Below, piece by piece: positions 10,052 to 19,685 of a DNA stretch of 64,000 nt. How positions within the stretch are numbered: the stretch's first letter is position 1; every line of letters starts with the position of its first letter. The DNA is taken from assembly GCA_964598765.1 (NCBI GenBank), contig CAZRCZ010000008.1:79934-143933 (forward strand), read 5' to 3'. Under the pieces are notes generated by a model, which was not told the origin of the DNA, did no database searches, and saw only the letters and a program-made list of their open reading frames with translations. Made by a program: the position numbers and the translations under genes. This DNA comes from an uncultured Candidatus Sumerlaeota bacterium. Lineage in GTDB: Bacteria > Sumerlaeota > Sumerlaeia > MVZB01 > JAJFLK01.

Positions 10052-11257
10052 ATGGTTTCTCCGTTTCAATCCATGGCGTCATTCCGCAAGAGCTTGGCGA
10101 AGGCGAGGCGAGGGATCGCTTGGGGAGTCGTGGCGTCATGCGCTCTCTGGATCGGCGGCGCCTGTTCCAACAAGCATCCCATTCCCCCGTCCGAAAATGC
10201 CGCCTCCCCCGTCGGAAACGACTTGATTGCCCAGTCTCCGCATCTGGCTTTTGGCGGTTCGGAAGACCAGATTTTTTTCGTTAATTTTCAATCCATTCGG
10301 CGGCTTTCGATCTATGAGAAAGCCCGCGACGGCATCCTTGACAATCCCGACCGCAAAAAGTGGATGGGAGACTTGATCAAGGACCTCGGCATGAATCCGC
10401 TGGAGAAAATTGACAAGGTCGCGGTGGGTTTCCGTGAACCGCTGGACCTTGATGATCCGCTCAAAAACGCCGTCGTTCTATTCGTGGGGCAATTCGAGAA
10501 CCCTCCCTTGCTGGTGGACGGCTTTCAGAAATTCTTGGCCCAACATTATTTGACCAATCCCCCCCCGTTCGTCGTGAGCGATCACCAAGGCGTCTCCGTT
10601 TACTCGCTTGAACACGCGACCATGACGACCGACGCCGGGAAGACGGCGGATTACCATCTCGCCTTTCCGAAATCCAACATCCTGCTCTTGGCAAGAAACA
10701 AGGATCACCTGACCCAGACTTTGGACGTGATCGCCAAGCGCGCGCCCAATCTTACGACCAATGCGAATTGGCAACCGCGGCTGGGACAGATTAAGCTTGG
10801 CTCCATCAGTTGGGGAGCGGGTCTATTTTCGCCCGCCGTGAACAAGTTCATCCAGCAACACGCCGAAAAAGAGCCCGAGCTTGCCGGTCTCAGACACCTG
10901 ACCAAGGGGAAGGAATTTTATTTTTCGCTGACGTTTGACTTGAAGGAGTATCTCCTGAGCGGGGGAGTGGTCTGCGACGAAATCCGAAACAGCAGGGCCA
11001 TGCGCGACGACTTGGACGTTGCACGTTCTAAGGGGATCGTGAAGAAGATCATGACGCATTATCTCGGAGACAACAATCCGGCCACTCCGGTCTGGGATAA
11101 ATTCCTTGGGGGCACGCTTCTGTCGGCCAACGCGGCGACGCTGAACGTAGACCTGCGCAAAAGCAAGCAGGAGGCTGAGGATTTCGTCCGCGATGCGATT
11201 AATCCTCCCCCTCCGACGGCCAAAACCGAGTCGGGCGTGGCCCAGCCATTTAAGTAG
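10052..11257 (+). CDS. Hypothetical lipoprotein (signal peptide, Cys lipobox-like WIGGAC)
   Basis: The N-terminus reads MASFRKSLAKARRGIAWGVVASCALWIGGACS. The amino-acid composition is balanced across 401 aa. Confidence 0.5.
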   Translation: MVSPFQSMASFRKSLAKARRGIAWGVVASCALWIGGACSNKHPIPPSENAASPVGNDLIAQSPHLAFGGSEDQIFFVNFQSIRRLSIYEKARDGILDNPDRKKWMGDLIKDLGMNPLEKIDKVAVGFREPLDLDDPLKNAVVLFVGQFENPPLLVDGFQKFLAQHYLTNPPPFVVSDHQGVSVYSLEHATMTTDAGKTADYHLAFPKSNILLLARNKDHLTQTLDVIAKRAPNLTTNANWQPRLGQIKLGSISWGAGLFSPAVNKFIQQHAEKEPELAGLRHLTKGKEFYFSLTFDLKEYLLSGGVVCDEIRNSRAMRDDLDVARSKGIVKKIMTHYLGDNNPATPVWDKFLGGTLLSANAATLNVDLRKSKQEAEDFVRDAINPPPPTAKTESGVAQPFK

Positions 11258-11329
11258 GGTCAACTTTGAGTAAAGGTTGAGATTGAGATTCCGGCGAATT
11301 CCGCCGATAATATAAAACCAGTTGAGTCT

Positions 11330-12817
11330 TTGACCCGGATCGTGTCCTCCGGACGGAAAGCCCGTCGCATGGACGGAGCGTCCGGAGGAGAGACGGAGGA
11401 AGAGGAACGGAGAATCCGAATGCCGGTGGAACACGAAGTCAAGTCCATGGAAATGGGGAACCGTGAATTCGAGGGCAATCTCCGCGTTTTCAAGTTTCCC
11501 GAAATCCTCCAATTCCTCTCGATGGGCAAGCGGAACGGCGTGCTTAAATTGTCCCGCGAGGACCGGGACGTCGAACTGGCGTTCCGCGACGGTAAGATCG
11601 TCAATGTCTCCACCGACGAGCATTATTTGCGTCTCGGCCAGATGTTGATTTATTCCGGCAAACTGACCCGGGAAACCCTGCAACAGGCGTTGGAGGCTCA
11701 AAACCGAGGCGGGAAAGTCAAACTTCTGGGCGAAATTCTCGTCGAGCAGGGCGCGATTCCCCTCGATGATCTCAAAGCGGCGATCCAACTCCAGCTGGAG
11801 GAGGAAATTTGGGAGCTTTTCAGCTGGGAAAGCGGAAATTTTAGATTCGAGCAGGTTCCGCCGCAGGAGTCCCAAGTGGTCTCCGTCGAACTTGAGGTCG
11901 CGCCGCTTCTTCAAGTCGGCCTGCGCCGGATGGAGGAATGGCAATCCCTCATCGCCCACATCAACAATCCGATGGAAGTGTTCGCCATCAATCCGGAGTT
12001 TTCCGGTCCGCCAGAGCAACCGCTGGACGAAAAGACTTGGCGGGTTCTTTCTCTTATCAATGGTCGCCTCCCCGTCGAAGCCATCGCCCGTTTTTCCAAC
12101 TTGGGACGGTTCGACACCTATTGGGCGCTGGATCATCTTCTCCATCTCGAAATCATTTCACGCGGATTGGACCCCAACGCCGAAAAGGACAAAATGCTGA
12201 TCCCCCACGCAACCGAAAGACATGCGCCGATCGCCTCGTCCACCGACGGGGAAAAGGGGGACAAGGGCGAGACCGACAACAAAGGGAGTTTGCTGGGATT
12301 GTTGGGAAGGAAAAAAGGGGGGGGCAAGGATTCCGGAAAAGGCGCCGCGAGGGCGGATTTAGCCCCTTCCGGTCAGGCTCCTCCCAAGGAATTTCTTACC
12401 GACGTTGGTCTGGTTTGCTCGTTGGTCAACGCCCTCATCGAGGCCGTTCAAGCGGAAATCGCCGCCCCTGCCCAGCCCGACTGGATCGGATGGCTCTGGC
12501 GCATGGCCGAACAACGGCACCCCCGCGCCGACGCAATTCGCTATAACGCGCATCGCCTCGCGTCCGAGCAGTATGATCGGTACGCCAAGTTGGAGGGCAA
12601 AGTGACCAAGGCGATCAGCGGCGCTCATGACGACAGCATGGGCGCTTTGCGGTTATTTTGGGGCAAACTCAAGGAACGCGCCCTAGAAAGTTTGGGAGAC
12701 GAAAAGCGCGTCGCCCAGCTCGTTGAGAGAGCATCGCGATCCCATCAAAATTGCACGGCTGTCATCGGCGCGCCGGAATTTACGCTGAGCCGATGGATGT
12801 CCGAGGTCACGACGTGA
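11330..12817 (+). CDS. DUF4388 (PATAN-associated) domain protein
   Basis: FKFPEILQFLSMGKRNGVLKLSREDRDVELAFRDGKIVNV followed by LGEILVEQGAIPLDDLKAAIQ matches the DUF4388 pattern. A long low-complexity C-terminal region follows. Confidence 0.6.
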   Translation: MTRIVSSGRKARRMDGASGGETEEEERRIRMPVEHEVKSMEMGNREFEGNLRVFKFPEILQFLSMGKRNGVLKLSREDRDVELAFRDGKIVNVSTDEHYLRLGQMLIYSGKLTRETLQQALEAQNRGGKVKLLGEILVEQGAIPLDDLKAAIQLQLEEEIWELFSWESGNFRFEQVPPQESQVVSVELEVAPLLQVGLRRMEEWQSLIAHINNPMEVFAINPEFSGPPEQPLDEKTWRVLSLINGRLPVEAIARFSNLGRFDTYWALDHLLHLEIISRGLDPNAEKDKMLIPHATERHAPIASSTDGEKGDKGETDNKGSLLGLLGRKKGGGKDSGKGAARADLAPSGQAPPKEFLTDVGLVCSLVNALIEAVQAEIAAPAQPDWIGWLWRMAEQRHPRADAIRYNAHRLASEQYDRYAKLEGKVTKAISGAHDDSMGALRLFWGKLKERALESLGDEKRVAQLVERASRSHQNCTAVIGAPEFTLSRWMSEVTT

Positions 12818-12868
12818 TCGCGCAATGCGCGCCGTGAATAAACGGCGCGGGCCGCAAGGAGAAGGAAA

Positions 12869-14005
12869 ATGCCGGGAGAATCAATACTGGTCGTCGAAGA
12901 CAATTCCGCCGAGCGCGATTTCGCGCAGGCCACACTGGAAGACGTGGGATTCCGCGTGATGTCGGCGGGCAACGCCGCCGCCGCGCTCACCATGCCCGAC
13001 GTCAAGGACGTCAGCGCCATCGTGATGGACGCTCACTTGGCCGGTGTGACGGGTTTTGAGGCAACGCGAATGCTCCGCCAGCAATCCCAAACTCATCCCA
13101 TTCCCATTCTGCTTCTGATCCCGGACGACGAAATTGATTCGCGTCAAGACCTGTCGGCGCGCGGAGCCGACGGCTATCTGCTCAAACCGTACGACGCCAA
13201 ATCGCTCGCCAAGCGGGTGAACCGCCTGCTTGAAGAGCAACATCTGGCTGATCTTGCGCATCAATATCTGGAGAACGCCGCAGACACGTTGATGGAGAGT
13301 CTGGCGGAAAAGCACGTCAAGGCGGCGGTGGAGCGCAAAACGCAGATCATCGTCGAACGGTGCATCCAGAACGTCGCTTCCGCCGTCGAGCAACGGGCGC
13401 GAACGCAGGTCAACGAAACCGTCACCGCGCTCACCGCTGAAAAGGAACAGGAATTGGTCAAATTCACGGTCCGCGAAGTCGCCCAATCCATGGTCGAAAA
13501 ATTGGCCGAACGCAAAGTGACCGAAGCGATGGAAACCGTCTTGGCCGAGCAATCCGAGCGAACCGTCAAGCGGATCGCGGATCAGATTTTGCCCGGCTCC
13601 ATTCGGGAACGGCTCAAGGACACCCTGAACAACACTTTGCCCCGCGAAGTGCAAACCCGCGTGCAAAAAGCGGTGGAGAAGGAAGCGCCGGAAATCGGGC
13701 GTCAGCTTTTTGCCACCGTGGAGGATGCCGCAGGCAAAATTCTCCCGCGCGTCGCCCGTGAAATCGCGCCGGAGATCGTCGAGCGCAAGACACAAGAGGT
13801 TGTTGCCGCTCAAGTTCCGGGCATGGTTCGCGAGCACGTCGGGGCCGAATTGGAACAGCAAATGAGGGACCGTTTGGAGCCTTCGATCCGCGACGCCGTC
13901 AACCGGATTCGATTCACCGTCATTTCTTGGAACGCCTTCATGGGCGCGGTCGTGGCGTCGGTGTTGGCGTTGGTCGTTTATTTCGCCCTGTTCGCCAAGA
14001 AATAG
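12869..14005 (+). CDS. Response-regulator receiver (CheY-like REC) protein with long charged coiled-coil and C-terminal transmembrane tail
   Basis: The REC domain reads ILVVEDNSAERDF...AIVMDAHLAG...DGYLLKPYD and is preceded by a strong RBS (aaggagaagga). The terminal hydrophobic stretch is FMGAVVASVLALVVYFALFAKK. Confidence 0.65.
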   Translation: MPGESILVVEDNSAERDFAQATLEDVGFRVMSAGNAAAALTMPDVKDVSAIVMDAHLAGVTGFEATRMLRQQSQTHPIPILLLIPDDEIDSRQDLSARGADGYLLKPYDAKSLAKRVNRLLEEQHLADLAHQYLENAADTLMESLAEKHVKAAVERKTQIIVERCIQNVASAVEQRARTQVNETVTALTAEKEQELVKFTVREVAQSMVEKLAERKVTEAMETVLAEQSERTVKRIADQILPGSIRERLKDTLNNTLPREVQTRVQKAVEKEAPEIGRQLFATVEDAAGKILPRVAREIAPEIVERKTQEVVAAQVPGMVREHVGAELEQQMRDRLEPSIRDAVNRIRFTVISWNAFMGAVVASVLALVVYFALFAKK

Positions 14006-14038
14006 CTCCATCCCGAGCCTCTCCATCGGGCGAGGAAC

Positions 14039-14686
14039 ATGAAACTCGAAAATCCCCCCAAGCCCATGGAAGGATTTGGCGTTGCCGAAATCGCGCAAGT
14101 TTTGGCTCGCCAAGTTTTTCCAGAGGAAGATGCTTCCTTCCCGATCCGGCGCGCCGCCGTGGCGATCATCCTGCGCGCGTCGGCCGATTCAGGTTTGGAA
14201 ACCCTCTTCATCCAACGCGCCATCCATCCCCAAGACCCATGGTCCGGTCACATGGCGTTTCCGGGCGGTCATCAAGATCCGGATGATCCTTCGCCGGCGG
14301 CGGCGGCGAGGCGGGAGACTCTTGAGGAGGTCGGTTTATCGCTTAGCGAAAAAATGTTGATCGGCCGTCTGCCGGAGCTGAGCGGAGGAAGATTGCGTCA
14401 ATCGGGATTAACCGTTTCCCCATTTGTCTTCCATGCCCCTGAAACCGGAGCCTTGACCCTTAGCTCCGAAGTCGCGGATGCCGTTTGGATTCCCTTGAAT
14501 TATTTGTCCGATCCGGCCAACGTCAAACCGTATCTGTATCCCCCGGATCCAATGCGCAGGAAATTCTCCGCTTTTCACTATGAAAATTACATCATTTGGG
14601 GATTGACCTACCGGATGATCGCCAACTTCTTCGATCTCTTCGGCGTCGCGCTTCCGGCCGATGGAGACCTGACCGATGTCGAGTAG
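14039..14686 (+). CDS. NUDIX hydrolase, CoA pyrophosphatase-like
   Basis: The NUDIX box is GHMAFPGGHQDPDDPSPAAAARRETLEEVGL. The upstream context AAVAIILR matches the NudL-like family. Confidence 0.7.
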   Translation: MKLENPPKPMEGFGVAEIAQVLARQVFPEEDASFPIRRAAVAIILRASADSGLETLFIQRAIHPQDPWSGHMAFPGGHQDPDDPSPAAAARRETLEEVGLSLSEKMLIGRLPELSGGRLRQSGLTVSPFVFHAPETGALTLSSEVADAVWIPLNYLSDPANVKPYLYPPDPMRRKFSAFHYENYIIWGLTYRMIANFFDLFGVALPADGDLTDVE

Positions 14687-14740
14687 ACATCGGGAGCATG
14701 CGAGTCTTAAAACCGCGCTCCCGGAAAGAATGCCAGCCGA

Positions 14741-15433
14741 GTGAATCCAATGCGACTTTTCCCTTGTTTGGTTTTGGTTCTCTTTGCCGTCGCTTGTCGC
14801 CCGCGAGGGGAAGGGGCATTCGAGACCGCCAAAACCCTGCATCACGAAATCCCGGCGGAACAGGTCAAGCGCCTCGAATTGCGCGTTCCAACCGGGAACT
14901 TGGCTTTCGTTCAAGGGGATCAGACTGCAATCGTCGTGGAGGGAACGCTCCGGGTCCGGGGACGCGACCGCAAAGCCACCGATTTGCGGGCCGCCGCGTT
15001 GGACCTAGGGATCACCGCCGGAAAGGTCATGATGTTGTCGCTTGCCGAGCCGGGAAATGATTTCGAATATGACGCCGATCTCTACATTTCGCTTCCGCGC
15101 TCGATCAAGCCGCAAGATTTCGGTTTATGGGTCGTGCTGGGATCGGGTGAAGTGAAGATGGAAATCGAGCCGCCCCTCATGACCGATTTGCAAGTAGGGT
15201 CCGGCGACGTCCGGTTGACTTTGCCCAAGAGCGCCTCGGCTTTCGTTCAGGCGGAAATCAACGTCGGCGAGGGTATTTTCATTCGAGGTTTTGAAAAAAT
15301 CACCGGCGAACCCAAACGCCAACTAACCCACGTCGAATTCAACGGAGCCATCGGCACACCGCTCACCATCGTCGGCAATCGCATCGAGGCGCGGGTTAAC
15401 ACCGGTAATATCACGCTGGAGGCAAAACCCTGA
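14741..15433 (+). CDS. Lipoprotein, DUF4097/putative adhesin-like beta-strand repeat protein
   Basis: The lipobox is LFAVAC. Short beta-strand repeats are present (GSGEVKMEIE, VGSGDVRLTLP). Confidence 0.45.
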   Translation: MNPMRLFPCLVLVLFAVACRPRGEGAFETAKTLHHEIPAEQVKRLELRVPTGNLAFVQGDQTAIVVEGTLRVRGRDRKATDLRAAALDLGITAGKVMMLSLAEPGNDFEYDADLYISLPRSIKPQDFGLWVVLGSGEVKMEIEPPLMTDLQVGSGDVRLTLPKSASAFVQAEINVGEGIFIRGFEKITGEPKRQLTHVEFNGAIGTPLTIVGNRIEARVNTGNITLEAKP

Positions 15434-15455
15434 AATGTTTCATCACGGGATTCTT

Positions 15456-15530
15456 TCACCACCAAGTTACCAAGACACGGAGATGAGAAAAACTCGGAAG
15501 ATTCTTGGCGTCTTGGTGACTTGGTGGTGA
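15456..15530. repeat. Inverted-repeat (hairpin) element, CACCAAGACAC family; probable bidirectional terminator
   Basis: The arms tcaccaccaagttaccaagacac and cgtcttggtgacttggtggtga form a ~21-bp stem with a ~30-nt loop. The element lies between convergent genes, and a second imperfect palindrome follows at 15536-15590. Confidence 0.6.
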
Positions 15531-15609
15531 GTATTCAGATCGCGGATTGGGATTCGAGATTGCAATTCGAGTCGCAATCCCAAATCCGTAGTCCGCAATC
15601 GCTTGTCGT

Positions 15610-17178
15610 TTACTTCGCGTATTCCACAAACCGGGTTTCTCGGCAAACGGTCACCTTGATCTGACCCGGATATTGGAGCTCCTTTTCGATTCGCTTGCTG
15701 ACGTCGCGCGCCAGCAGGCTGGCTTCGTTGTCGTTGATCTCCGTAGGCTCGACCATGATCCTGATTTCGCGTCCGGCTTGAATCGCGTGCGCTTTGACCA
15801 CGCCCTTCATGCCGTCGGCGATCCCTTCGAGATTTTTCAGCCGCTTGACGTAATTCTCAAGCGTCTCCCGTCGGGCGCCGGGTCGGGCCGAGGACAGCGC
15901 GTCCGCGGCCTGAACCAAAATCGCGATGATGGTTCGGGGTTCCACCTCGTTGTGGTGCGCCGCGATCGCGTGCACCACGCCGGGGGCTTCGTTGTATTTT
16001 TTCGCCAAGTCCGCGCCGATCAGCGCGTGCGTCCCTTCCATTTCGTAGCTGAGCGCCTTGCCGATGTCATGGAGCAGTCCGGCCCGCTTGGCCGCCGTCA
16101 CGTCCGCCCCCAACTCCGAGGCCATGAAGCCGCAAAGATGGGAGACTTCCGCGACGTGTTGCAAGATGTTCTGCCCATAGCTCGTCCGGTATTTCAGCCG
16201 TCCGAGAATTTTGGCAAGCTCCGGGTGCATGTCGGCCAGACCCAACTCGAAGACCGTCTGTTCTCCCGCTTTCCGGATGTGGTCTTGAAGGTCCTTCTCA
16301 ACCTTGGCAACCACTTCCTCGATTCGTCCCGGATGAATTCGTCCGTCGCCCAACATTTTTTCCAACGTTTGGCGCGCGATTTCCCTCCGCAGGGGATCGA
16401 AGCATGAGAGAACGACCGCTTCGGGCGTGTCGTCCACGATGATGTTGCATCCCGTCGCCGCCTCCAGCGCCCGGATGTTGCGTCCTTCCCGTCCGATGAT
16501 CCTTCCCTTGATCTCCTCGTTGGGAAGCTGAATCACCGAAACCGTGGTCTCGCTGACTTGCTCGGAAGCGCATCGCTGAATCGCCAGCGTGATGATCTGC
16601 CGCGCTTTCTTGTCCGCGCCTTCCTTGGTTTCGGCTTCGAGCCGGTGAACCAGAGCCGCTGCCTCTTGACGGACGTCGGCTTCAAGGTTCTCCAACAACA
16701 TCTTCTTGGCTTGCTCCTCGGTCAGACCGGAAATCTCCTCGCAACGCCTCTTGGACTCGACCCGAATGGCTTCGAGCGCTTCCTCTTTTTTCAGGAGACG
16801 ACCCCGAATCTGATCCATCTCGGCGTCCTTGGACTGAAGCCCTTTTTCCCTTTTTTCGAGGGAGTCGAACTTCTGATCCAAGGCCGATTGGCGCGATTCG
16901 AGTCGTCGTTCGTGTCGCTCCGCCTCGTGGCGTTTTTTGGCGAATTCCCGCTCGAACTTATTGAGCTGGCGGTTGTATTCCTCCTCGGCTTTCTTCTCTG
17001 ACTCTTGAAGAGTTTTTCGTCCCTGTTCCTCAGCTTTGGCTACAATATCCTCGGCTGAGGTCCGGGCCGCTTGATTTTTCTTGGCGGTTTGCGTCCGGTT
17101 AATCCAGACGCCCACTCCGACCCCGACGGCTGAGCCTACAACGATCCCCACCAACGTGAGGATAATCGTAGTTCCCAT
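15610..17178 (-). CDS. rny: Ribonuclease Y
   Basis: An N-terminal TM helix is followed by a coiled coil, a KH domain ([13 protein letters not shown]) and an HD domain (LLHDIGKA...HAIAAHH). The length of 522 aa fits RNase Y. Confidence 0.9.
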   Translation of the reverse strand: MGTTIILTLVGIVVGSAVGVGVGVWINRTQTAKKNQAARTSAEDIVAKAEEQGRKTLQESEKKAEEEYNRQLNKFEREFAKKRHEAERHERRLESRQSALDQKFDSLEKREKGLQSKDAEMDQIRGRLLKKEEALEAIRVESKRRCEEISGLTEEQAKKMLLENLEADVRQEAAALVHRLEAETKEGADKKARQIITLAIQRCASEQVSETTVSVIQLPNEEIKGRIIGREGRNIRALEAATGCNIIVDDTPEAVVLSCFDPLRREIARQTLEKMLGDGRIHPGRIEEVVAKVEKDLQDHIRKAGEQTVFELGLADMHPELAKILGRLKYRTSYGQNILQHVAEVSHLCGFMASELGADVTAAKRAGLLHDIGKALSYEMEGTHALIGADLAKKYNEAPGVVHAIAAHHNEVEPRTIIAILVQAADALSSARPGARRETLENYVKRLKNLEGIADGMKGVVKAHAIQAGREIRIMVEPTEINDNEASLLARDVSKRIEKELQYPGQIKVTVCRETRFVEYAK

Positions 17179-17658
17179 CGTTGTTTAGAATCTTAAACCT
17201 CCTGTCTAAGTGCAATGCTGACAAAGTGGGACGTAATTGATCGGCACTGGATAATTACGCCCCGCTTGATCTTTAACAAGCAATGATCAGCGAGGGATTG
17301 TCAAGCGAAATGATGTTTGTCATACTGCGGATGTTCGATTAGTCCGTCGGGCAACGCTTCACGAACCAAGCTTCCGGGTTGGAGAAAGGCCCGTCAACTT
17401 CCTGAAATTTTCCTATATTAAGTGATTTATCGGCTTGACATGACCAAAACTTTAATTAAACTGGTCCAGCATTTGACGAGTGAGCGGCGAAGAGATCCAA
17501 TGCGGCTTTCAAGAGCACCGGCCAGATAACGCCATAGGGCTTTAGCTTTCGATTTCCCGCCTTGGTAATTCAGCGCGCGCGAAAGATGGAATCGGCATTG
17601 AAAAACATTGCGCCGATGGGTCCGAGGATCGAAGATTGAGCCAGAGGAGGGCAAAATC

Positions 17659-18201
17659 ATGAAAAATTACTTGGGCGATATTCTCTATCAAAGCCGGTTG
17701 GAACAAGACCTGACTCAGGATCAATACGGTTCCAAATACAACATTTCCGGTCCGGCGGTTTTCAAGTTTGAAAAGGGCTATGTCCGCCCTTCATTGGAGT
17801 TGTGGCTTCGCATGGCTTCCGACGCGGGTATCACCGAGCGAAGAGCCGTTCTGCTTTGGCTCAAGGCCAAACTTCCCGAGAACCTTCAAGATTACGTCGA
17901 GCTACAAGGCGCGGCGGTCGCGGAAGCTGAGAAAGAATACAAGGGCAAGAAGAAAGACGGCAAGATTGACTACTCCAGATTCGAGAGCCGCGATCAGATT
18001 CGCGACGCCTCCCATAAGGATAAGTCGTTGCCGAGGGGATTGCGCGAATTGCTCAACGACAACGAGCTTTGGGCGCTCTTCAAGCCGACGGGACATGAGG
18101 TCAACATGCTCCGGGATATCTTCGCGCCGCTGGGACGCGGGTCCAGAGATTCGTTTCGGGAGGCGCTCCGCCTCATCCGCGTGTTTACCCATTCCTTTTG
18201 A
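17659..18201 (+). CDS. XRE-family helix-turn-helix transcriptional regulator
   Basis: LYQSRLEQDLTQDQYGSKYNISGPAVFKFEKGYVRPSLELWLRMA fits the HTH_XRE pattern. A GAGGAGGG RBS sits 8 nt upstream of ATG 17659. Confidence 0.5.
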   Translation: MKNYLGDILYQSRLEQDLTQDQYGSKYNISGPAVFKFEKGYVRPSLELWLRMASDAGITERRAVLLWLKAKLPENLQDYVELQGAAVAEAEKEYKGKKKDGKIDYSRFESRDQIRDASHKDKSLPRGLRELLNDNELWALFKPTGHEVNMLRDIFAPLGRGSRDSFREALRLIRVFTHSF

Positions 18202-18348
18202 ATGTTCGTCTCCGTTGCCGACTTTCGACGAAGTTCGGTGACATGACTCGTTTCCCGCGTCGGCAACATCTCTTTCGGGCGGCGTTCCGCCGCCCGAATC
18301 TGAACCTTCCTACTAATCGCTTGGAAACACGTTGCGCGGCGGCGTAAC

Positions 18349-19521
18349 TTGATGTCTTCCCTTCTCCTAAGCGTCTTGTTCGTGGCCGGAGCGACGGGCT
18401 TGGCTTTCGTCTTGGCGAGACTTGTCGGCGGCTGGAGCATTATCGCGGGAGCGCGATGGGGCGTGGTAAGCCGCGTCTCGGATCGTTCCTCCCACACGAC
18501 CCCGACCTCACGGCTCGGCGGTATCGCATTGGGGTCGGGATGGGTGATCCCCTTTTGGCTTCTGATCCTGATCCTTTGGCTTCAGCCCCGATCCTTGGAG
18601 CATTGGACATGGGGAGGAAACATCGGGTTGCTCGGATGGATTACCGTTGGAGCGATCGGCATGTTCGCCGTGGGGTTGGCCGACGATCTGATCAGCCTCC
18701 CGCCTTTGGCAAAATTGACCGGGCAATTTCTGGCCGCGCTTACTCTGCCCGCCGCGAATCTCCGCTTTCTGAGTATGCAGATGCCTGCGATTCCGGGTTT
18801 CGCTCCGCCGTTCGTCGCCGGGGCCGCGGGAATCCTTTGGGTCGTTTTTTTCGTCAACGTTTTTAATTTCATGGACGGGATGGATGGATTCGCCACGCGC
18901 TTCGCCATGAATTTCTGCTGGTGGCTTTTTCTGTCGATCATATTGCGGAGCATCCTCGCCAAGGGACCGGGAGGCATGGATTTCCTGAACCTGCGGATCG
19001 AGGTGTTTTTGCTTCCGATTCTGGGAGGGGCTTGCGGCGGATTTTACCGGCTGAACCATCCGCCGGCGAAAGTCTTCATGGGAGACGAAGGAAGTCATTT
19101 CCTCGGCTACTTGTTGGCAATTCAACTCCTACTGGCGGATGGGGAATACTATGTCGCCCGAGAGGGAATTCCGACGCATTCCCCGACGATCCCAGCCGGG
19201 ACGGTCGTGATTTTGCTTCTTCCTTTCATCTTTGATGCGACGGTCACGCTCTTGCGTCGCGCGCGCCAAAATGAAAATCTCCTCGCCCCGCACCGGAGTC
19301 ACCTTTATCAGCGCCTGATGATCTGCGGCATGACCCATCGGGAAGTGTTGTTGCTGAATCTGAAATTTTTCCGCTTCTGCGACGCGCTGGCGTTGCTCTA
19401 TGCGGTTCTTCCGTGGTTCTCGGCGCGATGCGCCGTTTGGATCGCCGCCTCCGTCGCGATGGTCCTTTATTGGCGACTTGTCCTGCGTCGCGAATCGCGC
19501 CGCTCTCAAGCCGCGCAATAA
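18349..19521 (+). CDS. Polyprenyl-phosphate N-acetylhexosamine-1-phosphate transferase (MraY/WecA/WbpL family, GT4)
   Basis: The protein has multiple TM helices. Family motifs NVFNFMDGMDGFA and VFMGDEGSHFLG are present. Confidence 0.8.
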   Translation: MMSSLLLSVLFVAGATGLAFVLARLVGGWSIIAGARWGVVSRVSDRSSHTTPTSRLGGIALGSGWVIPFWLLILILWLQPRSLEHWTWGGNIGLLGWITVGAIGMFAVGLADDLISLPPLAKLTGQFLAALTLPAANLRFLSMQMPAIPGFAPPFVAGAAGILWVVFFVNVFNFMDGMDGFATRFAMNFCWWLFLSIILRSILAKGPGGMDFLNLRIEVFLLPILGGACGGFYRLNHPPAKVFMGDEGSHFLGYLLAIQLLLADGEYYVAREGIPTHSPTIPAGTVVILLLPFIFDATVTLLRRARQNENLLAPHRSHLYQRLMICGMTHREVLLLNLKFFRFCDALALLYAVLPWFSARCAVWIAASVAMVLYWRLVLRRESRRSQAAQ

Positions 19522-19685
19522 AATTCCTCCTTCCTGCTCCTGCTCAGTCCGTGTTGATCCGCGTCCAATCAAGTCCCTCATCCGCAAAAGAAGTTGCCGA
19601 ACGGTGGAATTAGCCATATAAAGTTCCCTGTTGGTGTAAGCCGTCAAACAATCGCGGTTGCCTGATCCGAAGGAAGCTTGCCGGA

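Noticed and set aside
10823-12145. 440-aa minus-strand ORF spanning two plus-strand genes
   Set aside because: It runs antisense to the DUF4388 gene and the lipoprotein gene. Its composition is R/L-rich with no domain signal.
12881-14113. 410-aa minus-strand ORF
   Set aside because: It is antisense to the REC-domain gene, which has a strong RBS and a clear CheY-like domain.
15673-16407. 244-aa plus-strand ORF
   Set aside because: It is antisense to rny.
17180-17658. Possible small ORFs 17427..17660 and 17542..17724 in the rny/HTH intergenic region
   Set aside because: They are short and overlapping, with no RBS or conservation evidence. The region more likely holds divergent promoters.
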